Shown piece by piece: positions 51,419-60,189 of a stretch of 64,000 nt of DNA. The DNA is from Candidatus Parcubacteria bacterium (GTDB lineage: Bacteria; Patescibacteriota; Patescibacteriia; Buchananbacterales; SURF-54). The position numbers and the translations under genes were made by a program. The notes beneath the pieces were generated by a model. That model was not told the origin of the DNA, did not search any database, and worked only from the letters and a program-made list of their open reading frames with translations. Numbering within the stretch: position 1 is the first letter of the stretch; every line of letters begins with the position of its first letter. Where the stretch lies: NCBI GenBank assembly GCA_003599635.1, contig QZIX01000002.1:18224-82223 (forward strand), written 5' to 3'.

Positions 51419-51432
51419 AGTTAAGCTAATTT

Positions 51433-51825
51433 TTAAGTCTTTTGCGCGGTCGGTTTTTTACCCGAGCCCATGGTCTTTCGCACATTGCCTCTTACTGTAC
51501 GAGAGTTTGTTTTTGTCCGCTGCCCGCGCACCGGTAAATTTTTGGCGTGTCTTGAACCGCGATAGGCCCCTATTTCTTTTAATCTTTTAATATTAAGCAG
51601 TATTTCCCTTTTCAATTCACCCTCGACTTTATAATTTTTTTCTATGAATTCACGCGTCAACCTTATCTCTTCTTCTGAAAGTTCTTTTGTTCTTTTATTA
51701 GGGTTGATTTTCAGAATATTTAAAATCCTCATCGACTGACTTCTGCCGATGCCGTAAACATAGGTTAATGCTACTTCAATTCTTTTGTCGTTCGGGAGTG
51801 TTACACCCGATATTCTTAATGCCAT
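51433..51825 (-). CDS. rpsM: 30S ribosomal protein S13
   Basis: [25 protein letters not shown]. Confidence 0.95.
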   Translation of the reverse strand: MALRISGVTLPNDKRIEVALTYVYGIGRSQSMRILNILKINPNKRTKELSEEEIRLTREFIEKNYKVEGELKREILLNIKRLKEIGAYRGSRHAKNLPVRGQRTKTNSRTVRGNVRKTMGSGKKPTAQKT

Positions 51826-51848
51826 AGTATGTTGAATTGATATCTATT

Positions 51849-51962
51849 TTATCCCTGCCTCTGCTTGTGTTTAGGATTTTTGCACGAAATATAAATTCGG
51901 CCCTTGCGACGGGATACTTTACAGTCTTTGCAAATTTTTTTTACTGATGCTTTCACCTTCAT
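51849..51962 (-). CDS. rpmJ: 50S ribosomal protein L36
   Basis: Hand translation gives [37 protein letters not shown] (37 aa). Absent from the track because of its size. Confidence 0.9.
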   Translation of the reverse strand: MKVKASVKKICKDCKVSRRKGRIYISCKNPKHKQRQG

Positions 51963-51963
51963 T

Positions 51964-52212
51964 TTAGTAGCGGTAAATTATTCTTCCCTTTGTTAAATCG
52001 TACGGGCTGATCTGAACTTTGACCCTGTCTCCGGGTAATAACCTGATCTTAAACATCCTCATTTTACCGGAAAGATGCCCTAATATAAGCTGCTCATTGA
52101 CCAGTTTTACCCTGAACGTAGCCGATGGCAAAAGCTCGGTCACTTCTCCGTCTATTTCCAAATAATCCTTGCTTGAAGGCACCGTATTTTTGCCTTCATT
52201 TTCTTTAATCAT
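51964..52212 (-). CDS. infA: translation initiation factor IF-1
   Basis: S1-like fold sequence [38 protein letters not shown]. Confidence 0.9.
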   Translation of the reverse strand: MIKENEGKNTVPSSKDYLEIDGEVTELLPSATFRVKLVNEQLILGHLSGKMRMFKIRLLPGDRVKVQISPYDLTKGRIIYRY

Positions 52213-52220
52213 ATTTTGAC

Positions 52221-52260
52221 TAAAAATAAAATTCTTAAGTAAGTAAGACCTTACTTAGAA
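52221..52260 (-). terminator. AT-rich hairpin terminator candidate after alaS
   Basis: Stem TTCT(T)AAGTAAG/CTTACTTAGAA followed by a T-rich run on the minus strand. Confidence 0.4.
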
Positions 52261-52370
52261 TTTTATTTAATTATCGTAATTTTCTCTAAATAAACTGATA
52301 TTTTAACCTTTTAGTTAAAAAAAATAGTCAATTACAATATTATATTAATTTGAAAAGTTTGTCAATACTT

Positions 52371-54179
52371 TTAATTTTTTCCGACCACGGCTTTAATTCT
52401 CCTGATTCCTGCTGAGCTGGCTTCTTCCTTGATTATTCTGAAATTCTTTAACTCTTTAACATTATTTACATGAGGTCCGCCACAGACTTCCCTGGAAAAT
52501 ACTTCCCCTGTTTTTTCATCATAAATGGTATAAACCTTTACTCTGTCCCCGTATTTATGCTCAAACAGTCCCAATGCCCCTGAATTTTTCGCATCATCAA
52601 GAGACATTTCCTCAAATTTTACCGCAAAAGCCCGCATAATCGCCTGATTGATTAATATTTCGGTTTCATTAATTTGTTCGGCAGTCATCTTTTTATCGTG
52701 AGAAAAATCGAACCTAAGTCGCTCGGAAGTAATATTTGAACCTTTTTGACAGACATGATTACCTAAAACTTTCCTTAAAGCTGCCTGCAACAGATGAGTC
52801 GCTGTATGAAGCTTGGTTGTTTTTTCCGTATGATCAGCCAAACCGCCCTTGAATCTGACTTCTGTTGCCAGGCGGGACATCTTTTGGTGATTTTCGTATT
52901 CTTTTTTAAATTCGGCCGGATTAATTTCAATTCCGCTTTCCTTTGCCAGATCCCGGGTCATCTCAAAAGGAAAACCGTAGGTAGAGAACAGAATAAAAGC
53001 TTCCTTGCCTGTAATTTTTTTATCCCTGGCCATTTTATTAAATTCTTTCAAACCCTTTTCCAGCGTACGTATGAATATTTTTTCTTCTTTCTGCAGCTGC
53101 TCAAGAATAAAAGATTCATTTTTTTGCAGTTCAGGGTAATTTTTTTTATAAGTATCAATGACAGTTTTTGCTATTTTATCAAGAACAAAATCAGGGCTTC
53201 CTATTTGTTTTAACGTTCTTAGGGTTATTCTTATTAAGCGTCGTAAAATATATCCTTGTTCGATATTAGCCGGCACTATCATTTTATTGTCACCCAGTAT
53301 AAAAACAACTGCCCTGGTATGATCCGCTATCAGCCTTATTTTTTGCTCTGGGTAAGTTTCATTTCTTATAAAAGCCAGTTCAATGATTTTTTTTATTATT
53401 GGGTTGAATAATTCTGTCTTATAAACGCTGTCATATCCCTGCAATACCGCGCTGGTTCTTTCAAGTCCCATACCCGTATCAACATTTTTTTGTTTTAAGG
53501 GAATAAATCTGCCTTCCTTGGTTTTATTGAATTCCATAAAAACATCATTCCAGATTTCGACATACTTACCGCAGCCGCAGCCGGGTCGGCACGATGGCAG
53601 GCATTTAATTTTGCCGGTGTCATAAAACATTTCCGTGTCAGGTCCGCAAGGCCCGGTTTCTCCGGCCGGCCCCCACCAGTTATCTTTTTTAGGCAAAGCA
53701 AAAATTCTTTCGTCCAGCCTGGCATCCATTCCCGACTTTTTATACTGCTCCTGCCAAAAGCTTATCGATTCTTCATCGCGAGGAGCGTCATTGTCGCCTT
53801 CAAAAACGGTAACGTAAATTTTTTCGGGATCAATTCCAAGCCAGTTTTTACCGGTTAAAAATTCCCAGCTCATCTCGATTGCTTCTTTTTTAAAGTAATC
53901 ACCCAGGGACCAGTTCCCCAGCATTTCAAAAAAAGTCAGGTGCCATGAGTCACCCACCTCCTCGATATCGGTTGTCCGGATGCATTTTTGGATATTGGCA
54001 AGCCGTTTACCTGCCGGGTGGGTTTCACCTAGAAGGAAAGGAACCAAAGGATGCATACCTGCAGTGGTAAACAAAACCGTGGGATCGTTTTCCGGAATTA
54101 AAGAAGCCGAAGGTATTATGGCATGACCATGGCTTTTAAAAAAATCAAGATATTTTTTTCTTAATTCTTCCGCTTTCAT
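52371..54179 (-). CDS. alaS: alanine--tRNA ligase, short form (catalytic + editing domains, no C-Ala domain)
   Basis: The AlaRS N-terminus (FTTAGMHPLVPF) and editing-domain HTATHLL...CGGPHV are present. The protein ends at 602 aa. Confidence 0.9.
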   Translation of the reverse strand: MKAEELRKKYLDFFKSHGHAIIPSASLIPENDPTVLFTTAGMHPLVPFLLGETHPAGKRLANIQKCIRTTDIEEVGDSWHLTFFEMLGNWSLGDYFKKEAIEMSWEFLTGKNWLGIDPEKIYVTVFEGDNDAPRDEESISFWQEQYKKSGMDARLDERIFALPKKDNWWGPAGETGPCGPDTEMFYDTGKIKCLPSCRPGCGCGKYVEIWNDVFMEFNKTKEGRFIPLKQKNVDTGMGLERTSAVLQGYDSVYKTELFNPIIKKIIELAFIRNETYPEQKIRLIADHTRAVVFILGDNKMIVPANIEQGYILRRLIRITLRTLKQIGSPDFVLDKIAKTVIDTYKKNYPELQKNESFILEQLQKEEKIFIRTLEKGLKEFNKMARDKKITGKEAFILFSTYGFPFEMTRDLAKESGIEINPAEFKKEYENHQKMSRLATEVRFKGGLADHTEKTTKLHTATHLLQAALRKVLGNHVCQKGSNITSERLRFDFSHDKKMTAEQINETEILINQAIMRAFAVKFEEMSLDDAKNSGALGLFEHKYGDRVKVYTIYDEKTGEVFSREVCGGPHVNNVKELKNFRIIKEEASSAGIRRIKAVVGKN

Positions 54180-54234
54180 TGTTTTATCAGTATATCCAAA
54201 CCAATTGCTTTTGACAAGGTATTTTATGAGATAG

Positions 54235-55305
54235 TTAATTAATTACGCCGCCGCCGATAAGCTCATTTTTGTCGTAAATCACAGCAGACTGGCCCGCAGT
54301 GACGGCAAATACTTTACGGTTCAGAATAATTTCACAATATTTTTTATTGATTTTGATTCGGCCCGGTTCCGCTTTTGTCCGATATCTGATCTGGATATTA
54401 TACACTTTTCCCGGCTGCGGAGGGTTTATAACCCAGCTGCAATCGCTTATTTTGAATTTGTTTGAACTTATTTCAGCTGGTTTTTTCGTTACCATTAAAG
54501 TGTTATTTTTTAAATCTTTCTTCATTACGTAATAAGGACCGCCTGATAGTTTTATATTTTTTCTTTGACCAAGAGTGTACAGCGCTAAGCCGTCATGCCT
54601 GCCTAAATTATTGTTTTTTTTATCTATAATTCTGCCCGGTTTGAGTCTAAGATTTTGTTTTAAAAAAACACCTAATTTTTTCGGGGGCACAAAGCAGATT
54701 TCCTGGCTTTCTTCTTTCCATAATACAGGCAGACGCAGCTTTTTTGCGAGTTTCTTTACTTTGTCCTTATTTAACCCGCCGACAGGAAAAATAACGCGCG
54801 ACAACAAATCCTGATTTAAATTGTACAAAAAATACGTCTGATCTTTTTTTTTGTCCTTTCCCTTCATTAAAGCATAAGACCCGTTTTTTAATTTACGCTT
54901 AATGGCATAATGACCGGTTGCTAGTTGCGTACAACCAAGTACTAAAATCCTTTTAAGCAGCAGATCAAATTTTATAAATTTATTGCAATTAATGCACGGA
55001 TTGGGCGTCTTACCTTTCCGATATTCATGCAAAAATTTGTCCACTACGTTTTGTTTAAATTTTTTCTTGAAATTCAGCGTATAAAGAGGAATATCCAGAT
55101 AATCAGCGACGCTTTTTGCCCTCAAATACGACTCCTGGGAGCAGCAGCGGTTTTGTCCTTGTGTGTCAGGCAGTTTTTCATCATGCCAGAATTTCATAAA
55201 TATACCGATACAGTCGTATCCCATTTTTTTCAACAAAGCGGCAGATACGGAAGAATCAACGCCTCCGGACATAGCAACGGCAATTTTGTTCTTGTTTTTT
55301 ATCAT
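54235..55305 (-). CDS. mnmA: tRNA 2-thiouridine(34) synthase
   Basis: PP-loop AMSGGVDSS and catalytic Cys residues (NPCINCN). Confidence 0.9.
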   Translation of the reverse strand: MIKNKNKIAVAMSGGVDSSVSAALLKKMGYDCIGIFMKFWHDEKLPDTQGQNRCCSQESYLRAKSVADYLDIPLYTLNFKKKFKQNVVDKFLHEYRKGKTPNPCINCNKFIKFDLLLKRILVLGCTQLATGHYAIKRKLKNGSYALMKGKDKKKDQTYFLYNLNQDLLSRVIFPVGGLNKDKVKKLAKKLRLPVLWKEESQEICFVPPKKLGVFLKQNLRLKPGRIIDKKNNNLGRHDGLALYTLGQRKNIKLSGGPYYVMKKDLKNNTLMVTKKPAEISSNKFKISDCSWVINPPQPGKVYNIQIRYRTKAEPGRIKINKKYCEIILNRKVFAVTAGQSAVIYDKNELIGGGVIN

Positions 55306-55370
55306 TTGGTAATTGTAATAAAATTAAAGACGCCAGGCAAGCGTCTTTAACTATTCCGAGAAAGCAGCCA

Positions 55371-57983
55371 TTAAATTTTTTTTATGACGATCTTTTCATC
55401 TATGGCGTCAATTTTAATCCTGTCTGATTCGATAATTTTCCCTTCTATTATCTGCAATGCCAGTTTATCGAGTATTTTCGTCTGAACAACCCTTTTCAGG
55501 GGCCTGGCCCCGAAGACCGGGTCATAACCTTTATTGGCAAGGTAATCATTTAACCTGGGGGTAAATTCGACTTCAACTTCTTTTTTCCTGAGTCTTCTGG
55601 CAACTTCTAAAAGCTGGATATCTACTATCAGCTTCAGCGATTCCTGACTCAAACTTCTGAAAATGATTATTTCATCCAGCCTGTTTAAAAATTCCGGCTT
55701 GAAAGTTTTTCTCATAACTTCATTTATACGGCTTTTAATTTCAGTATCGCTGATAATATTTTTCCTTTCATCGGTAAAACCCAATGTGTATTCCTTTATC
55801 AGATCTGAACCTATATTGGAAGTCATTATAATTATAGTATTTTTAAAATTCGCTTTTCTGCCTTTGGCGTCAGTCAGATGACCCTCATCCATTATCTGCA
55901 AAAGAATATTAAAAATGTCAGGATGAGCTTTTTCTATTTCATCAAATAAAATCAATGAATACGGCCGACGCCTTATTTTTTCCGTCAATTGACCGCCTTC
56001 TTCATAACCGACATAGCCGGGAGGCGAGCCTATCAGCTTTGAAACGGTGTGTTTTTCCATAAATTCCGACATATCCAGCCGGATAAGGGCATTTTCATCA
56101 TTAAACATAAATTCAGCCAGGGCCTTCGCCATTTCTGTTTTACCCACACCTGTCGGTCCCAAAAATATAAATGACCCGATAGGGCGATTTTCTTCTGCTA
56201 TACCCGCTCTGCTTCGGCGCACGGCGTTGGAAATTATTTTTATTGCTTCATCCTGCCCTATAATTCTTTTAATTAATTCATCTTCCATTCTGGATAATTT
56301 GACCGTTTCTGATTCAAGCATCTTGGATACGGGTATGCCCGTCCAGCGTGAAACAACCGTGGCAATGTCTTCCTCTGTAATTTCCTCTTTCAGGATCCTT
56401 TCGTCGGCATGCATTGTTTCAAGCTTCTGTCTTGATAATTTTGCCTGACGTTCCAGTTCCGGTATCTTGCCGTATTTAATTTCCGCTACTTTTTCCAATT
56501 CACCCGACCGCTCCAGTTTTTCGGCCAAAGTTTTAAGTTCGTCAATTAATTTGGACGAATTCTGTACTTTTTTTATCATATCCTTTTCATTTTTCCAGCG
56601 CATTTCTATTTCATCGCTTTGTTCCTTTAAATCGCTCAGATTTTTTTCCAGATCTTTAAGCCGCGCCCTTGACTGCTTGTCTGAATCTTTTTTTAACGCC
56701 TCGCGCTCTATTTCAAGCTGTCTGACTTTTCTTTTCAGATTATCAAGCTCTTCCGGCATACTGTCGATTTCCATTCTTAAAGCCGATGATGCTTCATCAA
56801 TCAGATCCACCGCCTTATCCGGCAGAAACCTGTCGGTTATGTATCTTTGAGACAAAGTCGCCGCAGCGATTATTGCCGTATCTGTGATTTTTACACCATG
56901 ATGAAGTTCATATTTTTCCTTTATCCCCCGCAAAATCGCAATTGTGTCTTCCAGCGACGGTTCGCTCACAAAGACAGTCTGAAAACGCCTTTCCAGGGCC
57001 GCGTCCTTTTCTATATTTTTCTGGTATTCCTTTAAGGTGGTGGCGCCGATCATATGTAAAGTACCTTTGGCTAAGGCAGGTTTAAGCATATTGGCCGCGT
57101 CAACCGATCCTTCCGCCTGGCCTGCTCCGACTATTGTGTGCAGTTCATCGATAAACAAAATCAAAGCACCTGATGCGTTTTCCACTTCTTTTAAAACGGC
57201 TTTCATCCTATCTTCGAATTCACCCCTGAATTTTGAACCCGCCACCAGACCGCCGATGCTCAGCGACAAAATTTTCTTGTCTTTCAAGCTTTCCGGCACA
57301 TCGCCTGATGCGATTCTTTGGGCAAGTCCCTCGACGATTGCTGTTTTTCCCGTCCCCGGCTCGCCGATCAGCACCGGGTTATTTTTTGTCCGTCTTGATA
57401 AGATCTGCATTACCCGGCGGATTTCGCCGTCACGACCGATAACCGGGTCAAGTTTCCCGTCTTTGGCCATAGCAGTCAGGTCAACGCTATATTTTTCCAA
57501 AGCGCCATATTTGCTTTCCGGCTCCTGGTCAGTCACCCGATGCGTTCCCCTGACATCCTTTAATACGGTAAGTACATTTTCATAATTAATGCCGTTGTCA
57601 TTAAGCAGTTTTAAAACGTCAGTGCGGACTTCAAGCATGCTTAAAAAAATATGCTCGGTTGATATGAATTCATCCCCAAGCTTGCGGGCTTCTTTTTCTG
57701 AATTGTTCAAAACCCGGTTGAAATCCACGGAAACATATTGTTGCGCGATATTACCATGGGCCACCGTAGGAATGATGTTTAGTTGTTTATCAAGGTCTTC
57801 TTTTAATTTATCCGGATTAAGTTCCAGGCGCTTGAGTATTGATTCGACAATCCCCGGCTTCTGTTCAATCAATGAATAAAGCAAATGATATAGTGTTACC
57901 TGCTGATGGCTTTTTTCAACAGCCAGGGCCAAAGCTTTCTGCAGCGCTTCCTGGGTTTTAAAAGTATATTTGTCAGGTGTCAT
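55371..57983 (-). CDS. clpB: ATP-dependent chaperone ClpB
   Basis: Clp_N repeats, two AAA+ modules (GEPGTGKTA, GPTGVGKTE) and a long coiled-coil middle domain; 870 aa. Confidence 0.95.
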   Translation of the reverse strand: MTPDKYTFKTQEALQKALALAVEKSHQQVTLYHLLYSLIEQKPGIVESILKRLELNPDKLKEDLDKQLNIIPTVAHGNIAQQYVSVDFNRVLNNSEKEARKLGDEFISTEHIFLSMLEVRTDVLKLLNDNGINYENVLTVLKDVRGTHRVTDQEPESKYGALEKYSVDLTAMAKDGKLDPVIGRDGEIRRVMQILSRRTKNNPVLIGEPGTGKTAIVEGLAQRIASGDVPESLKDKKILSLSIGGLVAGSKFRGEFEDRMKAVLKEVENASGALILFIDELHTIVGAGQAEGSVDAANMLKPALAKGTLHMIGATTLKEYQKNIEKDAALERRFQTVFVSEPSLEDTIAILRGIKEKYELHHGVKITDTAIIAAATLSQRYITDRFLPDKAVDLIDEASSALRMEIDSMPEELDNLKRKVRQLEIEREALKKDSDKQSRARLKDLEKNLSDLKEQSDEIEMRWKNEKDMIKKVQNSSKLIDELKTLAEKLERSGELEKVAEIKYGKIPELERQAKLSRQKLETMHADERILKEEITEEDIATVVSRWTGIPVSKMLESETVKLSRMEDELIKRIIGQDEAIKIISNAVRRSRAGIAEENRPIGSFIFLGPTGVGKTEMAKALAEFMFNDENALIRLDMSEFMEKHTVSKLIGSPPGYVGYEEGGQLTEKIRRRPYSLILFDEIEKAHPDIFNILLQIMDEGHLTDAKGRKANFKNTIIIMTSNIGSDLIKEYTLGFTDERKNIISDTEIKSRINEVMRKTFKPEFLNRLDEIIIFRSLSQESLKLIVDIQLLEVARRLRKKEVEVEFTPRLNDYLANKGYDPVFGARPLKRVVQTKILDKLALQIIEGKIIESDRIKIDAIDEKIVIKKI

Positions 57984-58027
57984 ATTTATAGATTTAACAG
58001 TATATAATTAATTTTGGATGAATGTAA

Positions 58028-58054
58028 TTAGCACTCGGCAATCAAGAGTGCTAA
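58028..58054. promoter_or_regulatory. CIRCE operator (HrcA binding site)
   Basis: TTAGCACTC-GGCAATCAA-GAGTGCTAA is a perfect match to TTAGCACTC-N9-GAGTGCTAA. Confidence 0.9.
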
Positions 58055-58058
58055 TTTG

Positions 58059-58087
58059 ATTTTAAAAAAAATTTTTCCTGCTGTCAA
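58059..58087 (-). promoter_or_regulatory. clpB promoter (TTGACA-17-TAAAAT)
   Basis: Consensus -35 with 17-nt spacing. CIRCE starts 4 nt downstream of the -10. Confidence 0.7.
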
Positions 58088-58092
58088 GTCAG

Positions 58093-59226
58093 CTAGCCGC
58101 TAAGCAAGGTGTAGACAATCCCTGAGACAAACATAATTATCAGAATGACGCCGATTAGATATGATTTCGCCGATACTGTTTCAGCTTTTCTTTCGGTTCT
58201 TTTGCTTTTAAAAAACATCAAAATTATCATTATTCCCACCAATCCGCCGGCTACCGCACCAAAAAAATTCAGAATTTCAATAAAATCCTTCTTAACGTAT
58301 AAAAACATCGCCAAGGGAACGATAACTGTCAGCAACCAGCTTAAATTTTTACCGAATTTATAATCGTATTCAAAAGTCTGCTTTAAAGCCAGGCCCAGTG
58401 TAAGAAAGCTGGTGCCCATGGTAAAGAAAGCGAAAAGATTGGCCAGCATAAGCGCCTCAGGACCAAGGACTTTGCCCAGTCCTATTGTCGCGATTTCCGT
58501 GGTGAAAATCCCGGTGGCTCCGGCGACTATAACGGCAAAAAGAAAATAAATAACGAAAATCAGACTGTAGCCGCAAAGAATTGCGGAAAATAATTTTTTT
58601 TCGTTGCCGATTAATATTTTTCTCATCTGAGGAACGGCGGAAGCTCCGGAAAAGGCGAATAAAGTTGCGCCGTAAGGCAGCAGCAGATTGGACAAATCAA
58701 AGGGCGCGAAATTTGTCAGGTTAAAGTGACTGGATGAAATCAGGGTTATAAAAATCACTACAATAAACATAAAAAACGTCATTAAAAGTTCAAATCTTTT
58801 GATCAGGTTTAAGCCAAAATAAATCATAACTGAAAAAACCACATAAAACAAAATGCTGTAAGTAGTACTGCTGCCTCGAAAAAAGGAGGAAAGGACCTGT
58901 CCTTCCCCTACCATATACGCCAGCAATGCGCCGTAAATTTCGGCAATTAGAAAAAAACCCAGTAAATTTCTGCCGGTTCGGCCAAAATAGATACCGGCGT
59001 AGCCGGCCAGCTGGTGATCTTCATTGCTTTTAAGGACTATTTTGGCGAAATAGAGCGATAAAATGATAATTCCGGAGCAGACAAGCACAAAATTTATAAG
59101 CGCAATAGTCAGCCCGGCTTTTACTACTAAATAAGGCAGGCCTAAAATTCCTGCCCCGATAACCGTTCCGATTAAAACTGCAATGCTTTCCAGATAATCG
59201 ATAAAATTGTTACTTTTTTTGTTCAT
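58093..59226 (-). CDS. amino acid permease-like transporter
   Basis: 377 aa, about 11 TM segments. N-terminal IGTVIGAGILGLPY is typical of the amino acid/aromatic amino acid permease fold. Confidence 0.6.
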   Translation of the reverse strand: MNKKSNNFIDYLESIAVLIGTVIGAGILGLPYLVVKAGLTIALINFVLVCSGIIILSLYFAKIVLKSNEDHQLAGYAGIYFGRTGRNLLGFFLIAEIYGALLAYMVGEGQVLSSFFRGSSTTYSILFYVVFSVMIYFGLNLIKRFELLMTFFMFIVVIFITLISSSHFNLTNFAPFDLSNLLLPYGATLFAFSGASAVPQMRKILIGNEKKLFSAILCGYSLIFVIYFLFAVIVAGATGIFTTEIATIGLGKVLGPEALMLANLFAFFTMGTSFLTLGLALKQTFEYDYKFGKNLSWLLTVIVPLAMFLYVKKDFIEILNFFGAVAGGLVGIMIILMFFKSKRTERKAETVSAKSYLIGVILIIMFVSGIVYTLLSG

Positions 59227-59300
59227 TAATATAATTATACTATTTATTTTAACTGCGGCAAAGTAAAAATCAACACCGCGCTCGAAGTTAAAACCAAAAC

Positions 59301-59331
59301 AAAAACGGCTTTTTTAAAAAGCCGTTTTTTT
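59301..59331 (-). terminator. intrinsic terminator after the dehydrogenase gene
   Basis: ACGGC-T/A loop-GCCGT flanked by A and T runs on both sides (bidirectional). Confidence 0.7.
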
Positions 59332-59336
59332 ATTTA

Positions 59337-60131
59337 CTATGATTCGTATCTGTGAGCGTTTTTGAATTCTTCTCTGAATTCGGTGTTCCTGTCCCAGACC
59401 CGTTTTAACAGCGCCGGATTAACGCCGGCATCCATTGCGAAATGAATCATTGCGTTGACGTCTTTGGGAAAACACATCCCGCCATAGCCGCACTGACCAT
59501 CAGGACCCGGAACTTCATTATGAGAAGGGCCCATTCTTTCGTCCAATACCCATAAATCTCTAATCGCCTCAAAATCAAGTTTCATTTTATCGATAATTTC
59601 TTTCATCTCGTTTAAAAAAGTCACTTTTGTTGCCAAATAACAGTTCCTCATATACTTTATCATTTCAGCATTATCGCTTGTGGTGAAGTGAAAACTGACG
59701 CTATGCTTATAAGCATGATTATAGGCCTTGATTAACGGCTCTGATTCCGAAGGTTCTCCGCCGATAATGATGTTGGTTTCATCCAAAACGTCCTGGGCAG
59801 CGGATACTGCGCGTAAGAACTCCGGATTAAAAATTATTTTTTTGCCTGTTTTTTCTCTCAATTTTGTGGTAGTGCCAACGGGTACGGTTGATTTTATCAC
59901 TATCAACGGAACGTTTAACCAGTCAAACGTGTTTTCGATGGCTGTTAAATCGCATTTTCCGCCGTCTTGCATGGGTGTTGGAACACATATCAGAGCAACT
60001 TCGCAATTTTTGTTGATTTCATCTTTGGTATTGATATTTTTTTTGATGTCATAAACCAGCGCGTCTGTAAACAATGAATTGTATGCTTGGCCGACAACAC
60101 CATGGCCGATAATGGCAATTTTTGATCTCAT
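59337..60131 (-). CDS. UDP-glucose/GDP-mannose dehydrogenase-family protein, short form
   Basis: Rossmann IAIIGHGVVG and catalytic GGMCFPKD. Ends after the central domain (264 aa). Confidence 0.7.
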   Translation of the reverse strand: MRSKIAIIGHGVVGQAYNSLFTDALVYDIKKNINTKDEINKNCEVALICVPTPMQDGGKCDLTAIENTFDWLNVPLIVIKSTVPVGTTTKLREKTGKKIIFNPEFLRAVSAAQDVLDETNIIIGGEPSESEPLIKAYNHAYKHSVSFHFTTSDNAEMIKYMRNCYLATKVTFLNEMKEIIDKMKLDFEAIRDLWVLDERMGPSHNEVPGPDGQCGYGGMCFPKDVNAMIHFAMDAGVNPALLKRVWDRNTEFREEFKNAHRYES

Positions 60132-60189
60132 AATAAAAAATTATCTGTTAGCTATACAAATAATAAATTATAACGACTGTCTAGTCAAA

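Noticed and set aside
55663-57879. Series of plus-strand track ORFs (55663..55881, 56047..56448, 56467..56850, 57037..57585, 57589..57879 and others) opposite clpB
   Set aside because: They are antisense to an unambiguous 870-aa ClpB gene and have Ser/Phe/Ile/Leu-rich low-complexity translations typical of the reverse frame of a Lys/Glu-rich gene. The same reasoning applies to antisense ORFs inside mrdA, lysS, serS, ddl, gltX, alaS, mnmA and pckA.
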